DNA of 64,000 bases from Octopus vulgaris (taxonomy: Eukaryota), in the NCBI GenBank assembly GCA_951406725.2, contig OX597828.1:3844001-3908000 (forward strand). Direction: 5' to 3'. Made by a program: the position numbers and the translations under genes. Below, piece after piece: positions 26,415-42,000 of this stretch; position 1 is the stretch's first letter; every line of letters begins with the position of its first letter. The notes beneath the pieces are model-generated. The model saw only the letters and a program-made list of their open reading frames with translations, was not told the DNA's origin and made no database searches.

Positions 26415-26444
26415 CGGTTCTTGTCCTGTAGAAGCTCCTTCTAT

Positions 26445-26516
<72 letters not shown>

Positions 26517-27744
26517 TACATATATATACATATATATACAAAGGATAAATTTTCTTTGCATTTTTAATTAGAATTTTTTCCAGCAACCTCTCTTATTCTT
26601 CAAGGCACAATCCCACGGAACTAAGTTGGATTAATCGTCGATGGCAGTGATGCCACCTGATGCTGGTAATTCATCTTTCCCTTAGACAATACCAGACACT
26701 CGATAGTGAATCGGAATTAGAATTTTTGATTGGTCTTAATAGGAACCGCTTAGAGAGAAAGAGAGAGGGAGTGGGAGACAGAGATTGGGGGAGAGAAAGA
26801 TCGGGGGAAAGAGAGTGAGTGTGTGTGTGCATGTGTGTATGCTTGCGCGGTCTTTTACATGTTTCAGTGACTTACATAAAACAAAAGTTTATTTGGATGT
26901 GGTTTTGTGCTCAACATATCATTGATGTAAAATCCAGTATGAGACGATGGTTAAGAGTCTTCGTTTTAAGGAGGAATTCTCTAAGAACCACAATAATTCT
27001 GGCCGTTCGTTGAAATAATTATAAGAAAAACTTCAAGTGAATGTTAAGTAGATTTGGTGTCATCAGAAGAACAAATCAAAATATAAACTGAGTCAACATT
27101 GTATATCGAGTATCGGGAGTAGAATTCCGAAATACAGTTATTATAACGGAAGTGCACAATCTCTTCTAAGTTAGACCAGATATACACTTCATACAATTAG
27201 ATCGAATTCACAGATCAAACACTAGAATACCTTTCATAAGAAACTGATTTCATCACCTCCAGCAGAAGTACGGTTCCTTCGTATACATGAAAGATACAGC
27301 AATGAATGAACAAAAGTTTAGATGTGTCACAGTTTACGAAAAATCTTCACCTAAATAAATTGAGTAATGTCCCTTAATGCAGGTATTTCCTTTGATGAAT
27401 TTTAAGGAAGACAATTCTGATATGAAATTCACAGGTAATATTACTAGTTTATGACATTGATATTCAAAACGGTGCAGCGTTATCCTTTATAGCCTTCAGA
27501 TTTACAGATAGATATAATTAAACTGCAAAAATAACATCATGAAAAGAAACTTCTAATAATTTTATTACTCAGCTATCATAGTGCAGATATAATCCTTATT
27601 CTAAAAAAAATGAAAATCATACTAAATATTCGAATTAGATAACAATGATTAGTCTGTCTGTGATGTTTAGTCTGTGACTGACTAGTTAGGTACCAGAATT
27701 ATAAATGGCACATCTTGTACTTTATCACTTCCTCCCGCTTAATT

Positions 27745-27830
27745 CATCGTCATGATTCTCACCATGATCATCATCGTTCTCACCATGATCATCATCGTTC
27801 TCGTCATCGTCGTCGTCGCCATCAACATCC
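27745..27830. repeat. (CAT)/(CGT) trinucleotide low-complexity repeat
   Basis: Directly visible. It explains the His/Arg-rich ORF 27715-27936. Confidence 0.85.
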
Positions 27831-29025
27831 ATTTTTGTGGTCGTTGTCATCATTTTCGTCATGGGCATTCATGCTTCGATCATTAGCACAAATCACTATA
27901 CTCCCACACAAACATGCAAATATATATGTGGAGTAATATTTGTTTCTTTTTGTATAGGATTGTTTTAATCATAACGTACGCATACACGTACACATACAAA
28001 TTTAATGCAGTGATGTATGATCAAAGCGAAACTGTGTTCATATATTTAAAACGTATGATTCTGTTTGTGCGTAAAATATGAAAGAAATAATGTAGAGATA
28101 AAAGACAACATTCCTCCACTTTGAAATACATTATGAATATGTATGTGAATTTATATTCACTGAAGTGTCAGCCACATTTTTTTGTACATGAAGAGACAAA
28201 TGTGAGTGACACACATCTCACTAGCTGTCTTATGTATGTGATGTTGTTATAGCAAATGATTATATTATGCTCCACTATTTCTTTCCCTTTAGTAATATTA
28301 GTGAGGAATCTAACGTTGACAGACACGAAGTATATTTTCTTTTACTTCAAAGATTACTTACGTATGTCGATCTTCTAATTTGTAATTTCGTTTCCATTTA
28401 ATTGGCTTTAATAGGAAATTTCATTTTCGCTGCTCTCTTTGCCCATCACCAAGTATGTTTAATAAATTTTCCTTAACTATAAATTTGTTTCCACATTTTG
28501 AATCTATTTTTATTTATTTCCAAATATGTCATGCTCATGGAAAGTCAAAAGTACTTTACTTCGTTTTTGTATTTGATTTTCAAGATACTTGATCCGAATT
28601 CGTGAAACAAATCTTGTGTATACGGAAAGTTGTTACGCAATTAAAACTTCAAATAATACACGCACTTGCTCAAAACCACTTCTTTATTTTACCAACTAAC
28701 TGTCCAACGGTTTGTTTAATGAGTTGATTGAGTCCTCTCGTTGCTATGTGTGACCTTATCAATGACATATGTTTATTCGAATTTTTCTTTTGATATAATG
28801 GCTCTCCCTAGACACAACAACATGGTATTATAAGAATAAATACGGTACAGTTAAATATATCCAATATGCTGGTGTCAATCACGAATATTATAGTTATACA
28901 TGTAAATAAATGAATATAATATCGTGCCAAGTCTTTGAGTAATTGCACGGAGGAGTATTAACTAACATCATCCTATTCATTCACTCCTAATCCTTATGTA
29001 AGAACTAATATTATAAAACGTGTGA

Positions 29026-29492
29026 AGATGGTGATCTGGCAGAATCGTTAGCAACACTGGACAAAACGCTTTGCAGCATTTCCTTTGTGTCTACATTCTG
29101 GGTTCACATTCCGCCGAGTTTGACTTAGCCATTGATAAGGCGGCGAGCTGGCAGAAACGTTAGCACGCCGGGTGAAATGCGTAGCCGTATTTCGTCTGCA
29201 GTTACGTTCTGAGTTCAAATTTCGCCGAGGTCCACTTTGCCTTTCATCCTTTCGGGGTCGATTAAATAAGTACCAGTTATGTACTGGGGTCGATATAATC
29301 GACTTAATCGGTTTGTCTGTCCTTGTTTGTCCCTTCTGTGTTTAGCTCCTTGTGGGCAGTAAAGAAATAGTTTGACTTAGCCATTCATTTTTTTCAAAGA
29401 TAAAATAAATATCACTCAAGCTCTGGGTCAATGGAATCGACTTACTTCCTCTCTCGACATTGCTGGCCTTTTGCCAAAATTTGAAATCAACA
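29026..29492 (+). mobile_element. Older SINE family A copy, split by a younger insertion
   Basis: Head ggtgatctggcagaatcgttagc...ggttcacattcc at 29026-29133 resumes at 29369-29492 with the ...attgctggcctt..gccaaaatttgaaa tail. Confidence 0.8.
29134..29368 (+). mobile_element. Young full-length tRNA-derived SINE (family A head, Tx1-like tail) with 17-bp TSD
   Basis: ggcggcgagctggcagaaacgttagc A-box and gagttcaaat B-box, body ctttgcctttcatcctttcggggtcga. TSD agtttgacttagccatt at 29117-29133 and 29369-29385. Confidence 0.92.
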
Positions 29493-30347
29493 TTACTCGG
29501 CTCTATAACTCCTATAGTGATGGAAATATTTTAGTTATTTAATTTCAAATTCCATCTGAAGTAGTTTTTGGTCATCAACATCTACAACACTGGTGATCTC
29601 AACAATAACACGAACTTTAAATTTTCCAACAATATTACACAAAGGAATCTAGTAAAATAGAAACAAATCATATTACAAGATTTCTGGGCCATATGAAGCG
29701 GGGTTGAATAAAGGAGTGTTATGCCTACGAACTTCTCTTAAAATCAAGACGAATGACGTTTGTAATTTACATATATTCAAACGCTGGCGTCAAACAGTTA
29801 ACATGTCACAGGAAGCTAAACCTTCTACTCTCAGTTTCATGTCAACCATCGGTAAATTTTCCCGTTGCTATTTTTGACTCAGTTTAAAATTATAACATTA
29901 ATTTTACACATACGCCCACACGCATAGGCAAACCCACACACGCAACAGATGTCCATATCATTTATAAATTATTTCCAGCATTATTTCTCTGCAGCAAAAT
30001 ATTAAATGGAATCAACCAACTATTGACACATTATATAATATACGTCGTCTCAAATGAGTTACTAAATAACGTTCTATTTTGAAAATCACATTTCTGTTTA
30101 GACGGCGTACAAAACATGTAAAATCCTCCGTGACCATTATAAGGTTGTCCGTCGCTTTAAATTAAGTATGAAACTGACCGAAACGAACTTAAGTACGGAG
30201 AAGCAGGTACTGTACTGCATGTATTATTGCGTATACTTGTCATTCATAACATTGAAAGTAACACACCAAAAGATATTCAAACTACAATAAATTTATTACA
30301 AAATTCAAGTTCGTAGGGACTTCAAGCTTTGCATTTCAACATGTTTA

Positions 30348-30556
<209 letters not shown>

Positions 30557-31481
30557 TGTTTCTTTATTAGCCACACAGGGCTGCACACAGATAGAACAAA
30601 TTACAAGGTAGAGCTTTTCTTTTGAAGGTTTAAGAAAGAAAAAAAAAAAAAAAAAAAAAGGAAGGGGGAGTTTCGATCAAAAGGGATCGTAAAAGGAGAG
30701 AAAGAGGACAAAAAAAAGGGGGGTTAAAAAAAGGGGGGGAAGAAAAAAAAAAATTGATCAATAGGGATCGTTATCACAGAAATGTCAATATGAAGTGTAA
30801 AGGGGAGGACAGGTGAGGTTTACCCGTGCAAAGAAAAGCCTACGGAAAAGACCACGGTAACCTCGGTCAATGATGTCACATTTTATATTTCTTTTTTTTT
30901 TTTTTTTGCAAATAAGCAACTCTCTGTTTTCGATTTCTGGGTTCATAGGACTATGCTCAAGGTGGCTTCGTCATTCATACGTGCCATTCTTGCTACATTC
31001 ACCCATCTTTTTTTAAAACATTCGCTAGACAAAACTTGCCTCTCTACTCTCACTTTCCTTTTCAAGTGGTACTTGAAGAAGTTGATGAGAGATTGACCAG
31101 AGAGGAAAGTGTTTGTCTCCAATCCTTTCAGACGCGTCCACCAGATACATTCTTTCGCCATAGCCACAAGGATGATGAAAATAGCTCTTCCTTCCCGTTT
31201 GAAGGAAGGAGGCGTGACAATATTGACGATAGACTCAGCTGATAAACCGACTCGTCCCACACGTGACAGCAGTTGTTCGACACAAGCCCACAGGTCGGAA
31301 ATTGTTGGACACTGAACGAGTGCGTGCAGAACGGTTTCGTCGCTCTGACCGCATCTCGGGCAGGTCGGCCCCGTGTTTCTCGAGCCGTGTCTGTAGAGCT
31401 TATCCCGAACGGGTAGCGCTTCTCGGTAGCACTGCCAGGCCAGGGATCTCTGGAAGTTGTCCATGGGCCCTGGCCCGAAAG
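30557..31481 (-). mobile_element. 5'-truncated Tx1-clade LINE copy (ORF2 C-terminus with zinc finger, intact 3' UTR)
   Basis: FGPGPMDNFQRSLAW...CPRCGQSDETVLHALVQC, stop at 30943. Nearly identical to 38104-38732 and has the same 3' end aataaagaaaca(tatc)n. Confidence 0.93.
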
Positions 31482-32367
<886 letters not shown>

Positions 32368-32588
32368 TCTGGACAGACAGACGCAAGTCAAATGGGCTCC
32401 ACGTAAGTTGGTAATTTTGTACGTTCAAAAGTGTATATTGACAAATATTTTGTGTTTAAAAGTTGTGCAACAACATCCACTGCAAACCTTTGATAAATAT
32501 CTACACAAAATTTTGCCCCTTGCGGGCAAAATTAAAAAGAAAATTCTCATAGCCTTCGTGGTTTCATTTAGCCATTTTATTTTCAAAA

Positions 32589-34611
32589 ATGGCCACTGGT
32601 CACCACGAGGCTGAGGTGCAAGTCAAGTGTGACGCAGAGACAAAAAAACAGGATGCCCTGTTAGCATACGCTGAACCTGACAACAACACCACCACCACCA
32701 CCATCAGCATCGACAACAGCAACAACTATAAAACAAAGATCGTAAGGCCAAGCACCGTCACCACCATCAACACCGACACCACCACCATAGCAGCTTCTGC
32801 TACAACTGCTTCATCTACCAACAACAACAAAACTAAGGTCACCGACACCCTCCTTGACAACGCTTACGACGTTGAGTTCCCCACACTGCTTTTACCACAA
32901 TTTCATAAAGCAGGGGAAATGGGGGAACACAACACGAACGCAAATGTGAGCATGAACGCTAACATCGCGACCTCCACTCAAAAACTGGTAAACAAACCGA
33001 CTTCACAGTTTACTACTACTACGAACGACTCTGCCACAAACATCATCACCACCACCACCACCACCACCACCACCACCACCTCCACAAAAAAAACAATTTC
33101 GCGGAAGCCATACGACCGAAAAGAAGAATCCTAAAATTTACTCACCAACAAATACAAGACACAAAGTCCTTGCTCACCAAAGAAGGCGACACAATACATT
33201 TAAATATTCCACGGAACATCATAGAAAAAACACAAAAGAAGACCATCATTTACAGAATACTCGACACCAAAACAAAAAGACCAGAAAGCCTACCTAAAGA
33301 ATAAATTGAAAAGTGCCTCTCTTCCGTGTGGAAATTCCGAAATTATGTGAATTGGGGAAGTAAATTTGCTACCGTGCAAGTTCGCTTCTATACGGAAGAA
33401 CTAGCAAAAAGGTTTTCAACCCTTACTCTGCGCACAGACCAGGTAACAATGGTACCTAGCTACCTTGGGCGCAGAATTACGAAAGTCACAATAAATAATG
33501 TGCCGCCAATGGTGAATACCCAGTGGCTGGTATCGGCCATCTGCTTCGATATAGAAGAAGCAGATATTTTAGAAACAGCTGACATTCCAGAGGAAAGCTG
33601 GACTGGTAAAAAACTCGAAATATTGCTTCAAATCTCCCAAGAAGCAATAAACAACTTACCAGCCTGTGTTCAACTGGCAAAAGACCAAAAATTGTATGTA
33701 GTGGTGGAGGGCAGGAGACCAAGATGCTATTTATGCAACAGTGAGGCACACCTTAGATACGAGTGCCCAACTGCTATCAGAAATAGGCAACAGCAACCAC
33801 TCCCCAAACCTGGAAGGAAACCCCTGCTACCCACACCTCCTTCAACCCAAAAGACAGGAAAAACAGCGGACGATACAAAAACTGTTTCCCCCTCACCAAC
33901 CACATCACCAAGAAGAGAATTACCTCCGACATCACAACCAACAAAAGAAGCAACATCACCACCAACATCAAAATATAGACCAACACCAACACCAGCACCA
34001 AGAACAACAACCAAAAAAACAAATAACAATGACGAAAAGACAAATTCTGCCCCTAACACCCCAACAACACAAACACCACGCAAAACAACACACATATAGA
34101 TCCAAACGCTTTGCCTTTACCCTCTTCTGATTCGGACTCGTCGTCCAACGACGAAAGTTCCACGGAATGGCAAATAGCCACAGGGGGTAAAAGGAAAAGA
34201 CCCCAAAAAACCAAAGAAAACGCAACCAAAGCAGGGAGATACCTGAACCCTGAAAGCTCCATACACAACCAAACAAGCACCAACACCACAAAAACACACA
34301 CGATGCTATCAGCGATAGATACAAAAGACTCCAAACTAATGGAGTACATCACAGGCTACACAAACATCTGTGAAGATGACTTCAAAGCTAACAACCATCC
34401 ACGCACTACACCACCCAAACACATCAAAATACTACACATCACACAAACACAACACCACAAACTCAAAGCCCTCTTCCCAAATGCTGTAGGGGGTTTCCAA
34501 AATATCTCTCCCAAAAACTTTATAAAAACCTCCTCCAAGACACATCAAAGAACGAGGAAGCCAAAACGTTCGACACAAGTAACTCTCTGTACTTTCCTTT
34601 TTGTGTTTTAA
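32589..34611 (+). pseudogene. Tx1 ORF1 (gag-like), frameshifted
   Basis: ORF pieces 32589-33134, 33326-34099 and 34111-34611. CYLCNSEAHLRYEC is a CX2CX4HX4C knuckle. Thr/Pro-rich linkers. Confidence 0.85.
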
Positions 34612-34632
34612 AGCACACGCCCCAATAGAATC

Positions 34633-34827
34633 ATGGTCAAGATTGGTTGTGTGAATGCGCGTGGCTTGGGGTCTCCTTGGAAACAAGGATACCTCCTAAA
34701 TGACATCAAGTCACACGATTTGGGAATCATAGCCATAAGTGAGACCAGACTCCACGAGCCACGGGCCTTAAAGTCCCTGTTTGGCGGACAGTTTAACATT
34801 TATTTTGGTCCCTGTCTGCCGGGGATG
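34633..34827 (+). pseudogene. Start of ORF2 (APE endonuclease N-terminus), copy A, truncated
   Basis: MVKIGCVNARGL...ISETRL. 34586-34827 is duplicated, with several substitutions, at 35448-35689. Confidence 0.9.
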
Positions 34828-35447
34828 TTGTTGTTGTTGTTGTTGTTATTGTCGTTCTTGGTGACGGCGGTGGTATTAGTAGCAAGGGAGGCATTGACGG
34901 CACGGTCTTTGGTGGCGGTGATGGTGATGTTGGTATTGTTATTGTTGTTGGTAGTGGTGTCGTTAGCAGAGATAGCAGTTGTAGTAGCAGATGCTGCCAT
35001 GGTGGTGGTGTCGGTGTTGATGGTGGAATCACTGGCGGCGGTGATGGTGCTTGGCCTTGCGACCTTTGTTTTGTATTTGTTGCTGTTGTCAATGCTGATG
35101 GTGGTGGTGGTGGTGGTGGTGTAAGTTGTGTTTACACAGTCGAGTTCAGCGCATGGTGACAGGGAATCCTGCTTTTTTGTTTTGGCTCACGCTTCAGTTG
35201 CGCCTCAGCCTCGTGGTGACCAGTAGCCATTTTTGAAAATAAAATGGCTAAAATACAACACGAGGCCTACGAGAATTTTTAAAATTTTGCCCACAAAGGG
35301 CAAAATTTTGTGTAGATATTAGTCAAGGTTTGCAGTGGAAGTTGTTGCACAACTTTTAAACACAAAATATTTGACAATAAACACTTTTGAACGTACAAAA
35401 TGACCAACTTACTTGGAGCCCATTTGACTTCCGTCTGTCTGTCCAGA
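34828..35447 (-). mobile_element. Inverted 5' end (5' UTR plus ORF1 start) of a second, diverged Tx1 copy
   Basis: The reverse complement starts tctggacagacagacg and aligns to 32368-~32820 with substitutions and indels. Confidence 0.92.
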
Positions 35448-35494
35448 TCTGTACTTTCCTTTTTATGTTTTAAAGCACACACCCCAATAGAATC

Positions 35495-38400
35495 ATGGTC
35501 AAGATTGGTTGTGTGAATGCGCGTGGCTTGGAGTCTCCTTGGGAACAAGGATACCTCCTAAATGACATCAAGTCACACGATTTGAGAATCATAGCCATAA
35601 GTGAGACCAGACTCCACGAGCCACGGGCCCTAAAGTCCATGTTTGACGGACAGTTTAACATTTATTTTGCTCCCTGTCTGCCGAGGATGGGCGGTAGTGG
35701 CACCGCGGTACTTTTTCACAAGAGCCTGAATCTCGAAGTCAAGACGATATTCGTAGACCTGGAGGGTAGACTGGTCGTTCTGGATGTCGACGGCAGCAAT
35801 GGGTGCGCTTTTCGACTCGTATCAATCTACGTACCGCCTTTATCAGGTCGGCCGGATTTCTTTCGACGTCTAGAAGTATTCCTGGGAACGTCTCGTCCTT
35901 TACTTTTAGTGGGGGATTGGAATGCTACCTTGGACACGTATCTAGACTATGTGGGGAGAGACAAAAACAGAAGGGGATGCAAATGCCTCAGAGACCTGCT
36001 CAGACGATTCCAACTGTCTGACAGGTACCGACTCGACCACCCAAATGCACCAACGTGGACATGGAGCAACCGCAGTGGGTCATCGAGATCGTATCTACAT
36101 AGGATACTGTGTAGGACAGTAGACAGGGATAACTTAGGATGTCCACAATTCCACACAGTCAGCTACACGGATCACAAATTCGTGACGTGTACGCTAGACT
36201 TAGATAAGGCACATATACAGAGTCCTGGTTACTGGAAACTGAACGCATCATTCCTGTCCAGACAAGTTTTCAGAGACAGAATCAACACGTTAGTAAAAAG
36301 GGCTTTAACGGGAGCCATTGTCAACAACAAATGGTGATTCGCCCTCAAGAGAGCAGTAAAAGCGGAAGCAATTAGATATAGCAAGGCACTAGCCGTAGAT
36401 AGAAATAGAGTAGAGGGTGAGTTAGTTAAGAAGTTAGAAGAGGCAATAAGAAGCGGCATCACATCCGACGTTTTAGCGGCGAAGTTGGCCCTTGACAACA
36501 CTTCAACGCCAAACACGAAGGGCTAGGATGCGTGCTCTAAGGATGGAAGGTGTTGGAGCCGCGAGGGAGGCCGGGGTGGCGGAGGCGCAGCGGGGCAACA
36601 AAGCCACCATTCGGTTTCTGGTAGATGAACAAGGGCGCGAATTGCTCAAGCCCAGCAAGATGTGCGAGACATTTCAGCGGCACTTTGCCCGACTGTACGG
36701 GACGAGTGGTGAGCGTGAACGCAGGGTGGACTTCAGTGCCTACCAATACAGCATACCACGACTCTCGGCAAGAGAGGCAGAGTGCTGCGAAGGTGCCATC
36801 ACGGCGGCGGATGTGCGGGACGCGATGGCAGAATGCTCGAGAGACAAATCGCCGGGTTTCGATGGTCTGCCCTACGAATTTTACAATTGTATGCCAGACT
36901 TGTTTGGAGACGTCTTGTCAGCGGTATACTGCAACTGGCAGCAAAACGGGAGCATATCCGGTTTTGTGAGCCGAGGAGCCGTAACGCTGCTGAAGAAAGA
37001 TCCAAACAAGGGGAACATTATAGATAACTTTAGACCAATCACTCTGCTCAATGCAGACCTGAAAATTTTGACAATGGTGTTAGCCAAGAGGTTGGTGCTT
37101 GTCATCGAGAAACTGGTCGACAACGCACAAACGTGCGCGGTGCCGGGCCGGAGCATCCAAGACAACCTCCATATGATGCGCTACATCATAGACAGAGTAG
37201 TTAAGGAACCTGGCATGGGTGGGGCCCTGATCAACTTGGACCAATCGAAAGCCTTCGATAGGGTAGACCATCGATACTTGGAGGCAGTCCTGAGAGCGGC
37301 TGGTTTCGGTCCCGTCTTCCGCGGCTGGATAGCTGCCTTGTACAGAGGCATCCGTTCGGTAATTCGCGTAAATGGACATCTATCGAGACCTTTCGACATT
37401 GCACGTTCGGTCCGTCAGGGATGCCCCCTCTCAGCGCTTCTATACGTATTGACTCTTGAGCGACTCTGAGGGGCATCCCGCGAGAATTGGGATGCGGGAC
37501 GAACTGGAACGAGATAACGAGTAGGGTGGTCACTCTCGCCCAGCAATGGGCCGAGAGGAAACTGTCCCTAAAAGGTCGGGTGGAGGTGGCGAACTTGTAC
37601 ATCGCGTCCATCATCTACTACCGCCTGACCGGTGTGCCTTGTCCCGACCCTACCATCACCAAACTAGAATGCATTCTCTTCCGCTTCTTGTGGAAATAAT
37701 GCGTCCCGATGGTCAGGCGATCCATTTGCTGTCAACACCCGTTAAAAGGAGGGCTGGGTATGCCATGGTTGATGATGCGCAGACACGCACTGAGACTGCG
37801 ACATCTCCGGCTCTATGTAGACGACGGTGAACAGGTGTGGTCGCCGTTTGTGAGGCACGCGTTCCCGCAGATCGTCTCCATGACAGAACTGCAGTCGTGG
37901 ATCAAAAAGAGACCGAGGAAGGGCGAATGGCACCGCGAGTGTCGCGTTGCTCTCAAGCAACTCTGCCGTCCCGGCTCGACCTTGAGTGACTTCAACACAA
38001 CCAAAGCATTCTATAGGGGATTAGTGGAGGGGAGGTACGACGACGATCTTGGGGCAAACCTGGGCGTCGAGGAGGAATACCTGACCCGCCTGTTTCAAAC
38101 GACTTTCGGCCCGGGACCTATGGACAACTTCCAGAGATCCCTGGCCTGGCGGTGCTACCGAGAAGCGCTACCCGTTCGGAATAAGCTCTATAGGCATGGC
38201 TCGAGAAACACGGGGCCGACCTGCCCGAGATGCGGGAAGAGCGACGAAACCGCTCTGCACGCAATCGTGCAGTGCCCAGCAATTTCCGACCTGTGGGCTT
38301 ATGTCGAACGACTGCTGTCACGTGTGGGACGTGTCGGTTTATCAGCCGAGTCTATCGTTAATATCGTCACGCCTCCTTCCTTCAAACGGGAAGGAAGAGC

Positions 38401-38500
38401 TATTTTTATCATACTTGTGGCTATGGAGAAAGAATGTATCTGGTGGAATGTATCCTCTCTGGTCAATCTCTCATCAACTTCTTCAAGTATCACTATTGAT
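35495..38500 (+). pseudogene. Tx1 ORF2: APE endonuclease, reverse transcriptase and zinc finger, with stops and deletions
   Basis: APE motifs NARGL, SET, GDWN, TDH, GYWKLN. RT motifs SPGFDGL, FRPITLLNADLKIL, LDQSKAFDRV, QGCPLS; the YADD region is deleted near 37470. Later GGLGMP and CPRC..H...C. Stops at 36335 and 37697, deletions near 38447 and 38493. Confidence 0.93.
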
Positions 38501-38732
38501 ACCGATAACGATCCCTATTGATCAATTTTTTTTCCTTTTTTTTTCCTCACCTCCCTTTTTTTCCTCATTTTTTTAAATTTTATTTTATCCCCCCTTTTTT
38601 GTCCTCTTTCTTTCCATTTACGATCCCTTTTGATCGAAAACCAAACCCTCTTCTTTTACCCCCCAAAAGAAAAGCTCTACCTTGTAATTTTGTCCTGTCT
38701 GTGTGCAGCCCTGTGTGGCTAATAAAGAAACA

Positions 38733-38975
<243 letters not shown>

Positions 38976-41900
38976 CCACATTGTGAGTGTGTATGTGTGT
39001 AAGTATGTGTGTATGAGTGGGTTTATGAGTGTACATATTAGTGCCTATGCGTGTATTATTTCAATGTAGTGTTGAATGGTCCTAACAGTTCTTTCTAATA
39101 TTACTGCGATGCAATAACCTTTCATCCCCTGAGTTACTAATGTGGCTTAGAGACGAACAATATTATATTCAATAATCTCGTACATGGTCCTCTATTTGTT
39201 CAGTCCATTCCATTATATACTAGTTGGCTACAACGTGTTATTTGTACCACATTAGCATACGTTTCATATTTACTTACATCAATAAATAGAAAATAAGAAA
39301 GTACTTGCTTGAGTTTCCTAAATTTCTTAACGAGAATCAGTGAAGCATGATGTAGAGAAACTTTAGTGTATCTTGTTAGTTTATATTGTATTTCCCTTGT
39401 CGCTAAGCATTCAGCATATTGCATATGGTTAATAAGAAATTTGGTAATTAGAAGAGGCAAGATTGATGGCATTATATGATCCTTTTATGTGGATAGCAAT
39501 TAATAAGTCTTCCCCACTGATATATAGCTATGTTTATACGAATAATGGCAATTCTAAAGAGATCATTTCTTTCCTTCATTTAATCAATTCATTTGACAGA
39601 GATTGATAAATTACTGTCTAATTATAGTTGTATTCTAATTTCCCATTATTAATACATCCTCATGATAATCTGTTAGTCCAACGACGCCACTGGCCCGTGA
39701 TGGAATCGAAGTAACGCGATGCGCTGCGCATAGGTGTAAAAAGTGGGTGGGTGGCTCATAAAGGCGCGGAATAACATTTCATTACGTGACGCTGGATATC
39801 TGTATAAATTTGGCAGCCAGCCATTTTTGTTGTAACTAGAAAAGTGGTTGAAGCAGAATTTACAACACAATTTTCATGTTGCTCGCTCAAATTTATCGAA
39901 TTAGTATACCTAACATATTTCTTTACAGGTCTCATTAAGTTAGAAGTATTTATTTCAATAAAATCTGTGTATTTTCATTACATATGATATAGATTTCTGC
40001 GTTTAATGGAGACAGTAAATGAGATGCGGCAAGTGCATGCACATAGGAAATATATGGGCATTTTAACTAAAACGAATAGTCTTCAGCTGTTATCAAAACA
40101 AATTGGCTGATGCTGTCGACCAGTTATAGGATTTTACCGTGGATATCACACTAAGTCTCACATTCATAGTTTGGGCTCATGAGTAGCTTTGACGCTTTTA
40201 CTTTTACATATTGTAATCTTTAATATTATTTCAAACCTAGCAACTTTAAACGATACATGATATTAAGCAAACGCATAAACACATATAACAAACAGACAGA
40301 CACACACGCATATACACACACACATATATGGTATTTTGATCCATCTTCACAAATAATTGCCGTCTTCTTCCAATTTCTCGTTGTCAATGACATTTCTAAC
40401 TTACCGTCAGATGAGTACTCAGATCCATTGGAGATTTGCATAGACTAAAGGATAGGTTCTAGCTTAGTATGCGCTTCCAAATAGTTACGTCTGCACATAT
40501 CACCACACCTCCGTCGCCATACAATTTTCAGTACAGAGAATAACGAATGAGGTACCATAATGAGACATCTGTATGACATTGGAATATAGTGATAAACGCT
40601 TGTACAGCACGAGTAACACTCCGTGATGTAAATCTACTAAAAGAATTACTCTTACCAACAGGTACCTCATGTTCGAGTACAAATGTATGTAAATGTTACA
40701 TAAGGTATAATTATAAGCGGGGCACATTCTAGCCATTTCTCTGCAGACTGAAATAAAAATGAACATTCTTAATCGATTTTCGAACCTTATTGGGTTCCTA
40801 TCAGAGGTATCTACTTTGGGTTCCTACCAGAGGCGTGCCTTTGATCTTCCGTAAGCAAGCGAGGTACAAATCTTCATTAGCAATTTCTCGCACAAAATTC
40901 GTTGGTAGGAAGTCAAGGACACGTCAGTCATATCAACAAGCCCGTCAATTTTTCGGTGACGGCCCTCCAAGATCACTACACGGATAAGTGTGCTGTTTTC
41001 ATTCGTTCATATGTCATACAGGTATGTATACATAGATATACATATATACGAGTGGAACACCCCAATAAAATAATCAATTCGGTGCAAACACAACATACCT
41101 TATATTTTTTTACTGTTGGTCAGGGAAGAACAGTCATGCACTGTTGTAGAGGTCAGCTGCCAACGGATGTGAATGTAAAGTCAATAGTCCAGGCGAAAAG
41201 ATAGCATTTATAGCTAATTTATGTGGAACCTACAACTTTTGTACTCTGATTTTGAATTCATAATTGTATCTTTCATCATACGTGCATTAGTTTATGTACC
41301 AACACATTTGTGCAAAAGCCTAGACGTATTCTGTTTCACAGGAAAAGAGCAAAAGAAGCTGACAAGTGTTCTCTAAATTCACACTATCAGTGAAGATTTG
41401 TAAAACATTCCAAATATTCTCCACCTGAGACACTTAAGTGAATAGATGCACACAATTGGGTGTATGCATCGACAGTTTAATCAACCCCCAACTCATTCAC
41501 ATATTTACAAGCACCGAGAACTCTCTTAACTCAAATAGACTTGTCGCTTTATCACCGACCAACTCGAACTCGCTCAGAAAGAACTTAAATTAAACTAAAA
41601 AAATATAACACACACACACACACACTTACACACACATGCACTTACGCACACGCACATGCACACACGCACACACGCTCACACACACACTCTCACACACACA
41701 CTCTCACACACACAAAAACACACATATATTAGGAAATGTAGAAGGAGAAAACGATTAGCAGAATTCTCTGAATAATTTTTGCGTAAATTTTCAGAATTAT
41801 TTGTGATGTATTTTTTTCTAATTTAGCGTGTGATAGTATTTCTTGTTTAATAAGCAGACTGTGTATATTTGATTAAGCTGTGGCAAAAGGTTTTATGTTA

Positions 41901-42000
41901 TCTTGATTTTGTCAGAGTTATTAGTTCAAAACAATGTTACTCGAATATTTAGAATAAAGCAAATATTACGGCAATCCATCAAAGTTTCAGGAAGCAATGT

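Larger units (their letters stand above)
32368..38732 (+). mobile_element. Composite near-full-length Tx1-clade non-LTR retrotransposon (inactive)
   Basis: 5' UTR, ORF1 with a CCHC knuckle, ORF2 with APE, RT and a C-terminal zinc finger, and a 3' UTR with a pyrimidine tract and AATAAA. (TATC)n on both sides. Confidence 0.93.

Noticed and set aside
32589-33134. Thr-rich mucin-like ORF
   Set aside because: It is the low-complexity N-terminus of Tx1 ORF1; a homolog lies in the inverted copy at 34828-35230.
34633-35124. 163-aa ORF with an endonuclease N-terminus fused to a long hydrophobic, transmembrane-like tail
   Set aside because: The hydrophobic part is antisense read-through of the inverted Thr/Asn-rich ORF1 segment, an accidental fusion.
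40395-40447. Minus-strand mini-exon (ctttag ... acg|gtaagt)
   Set aside because: Splice-like signals alone are expected by chance, and there is no supporting ORF or partner exon.
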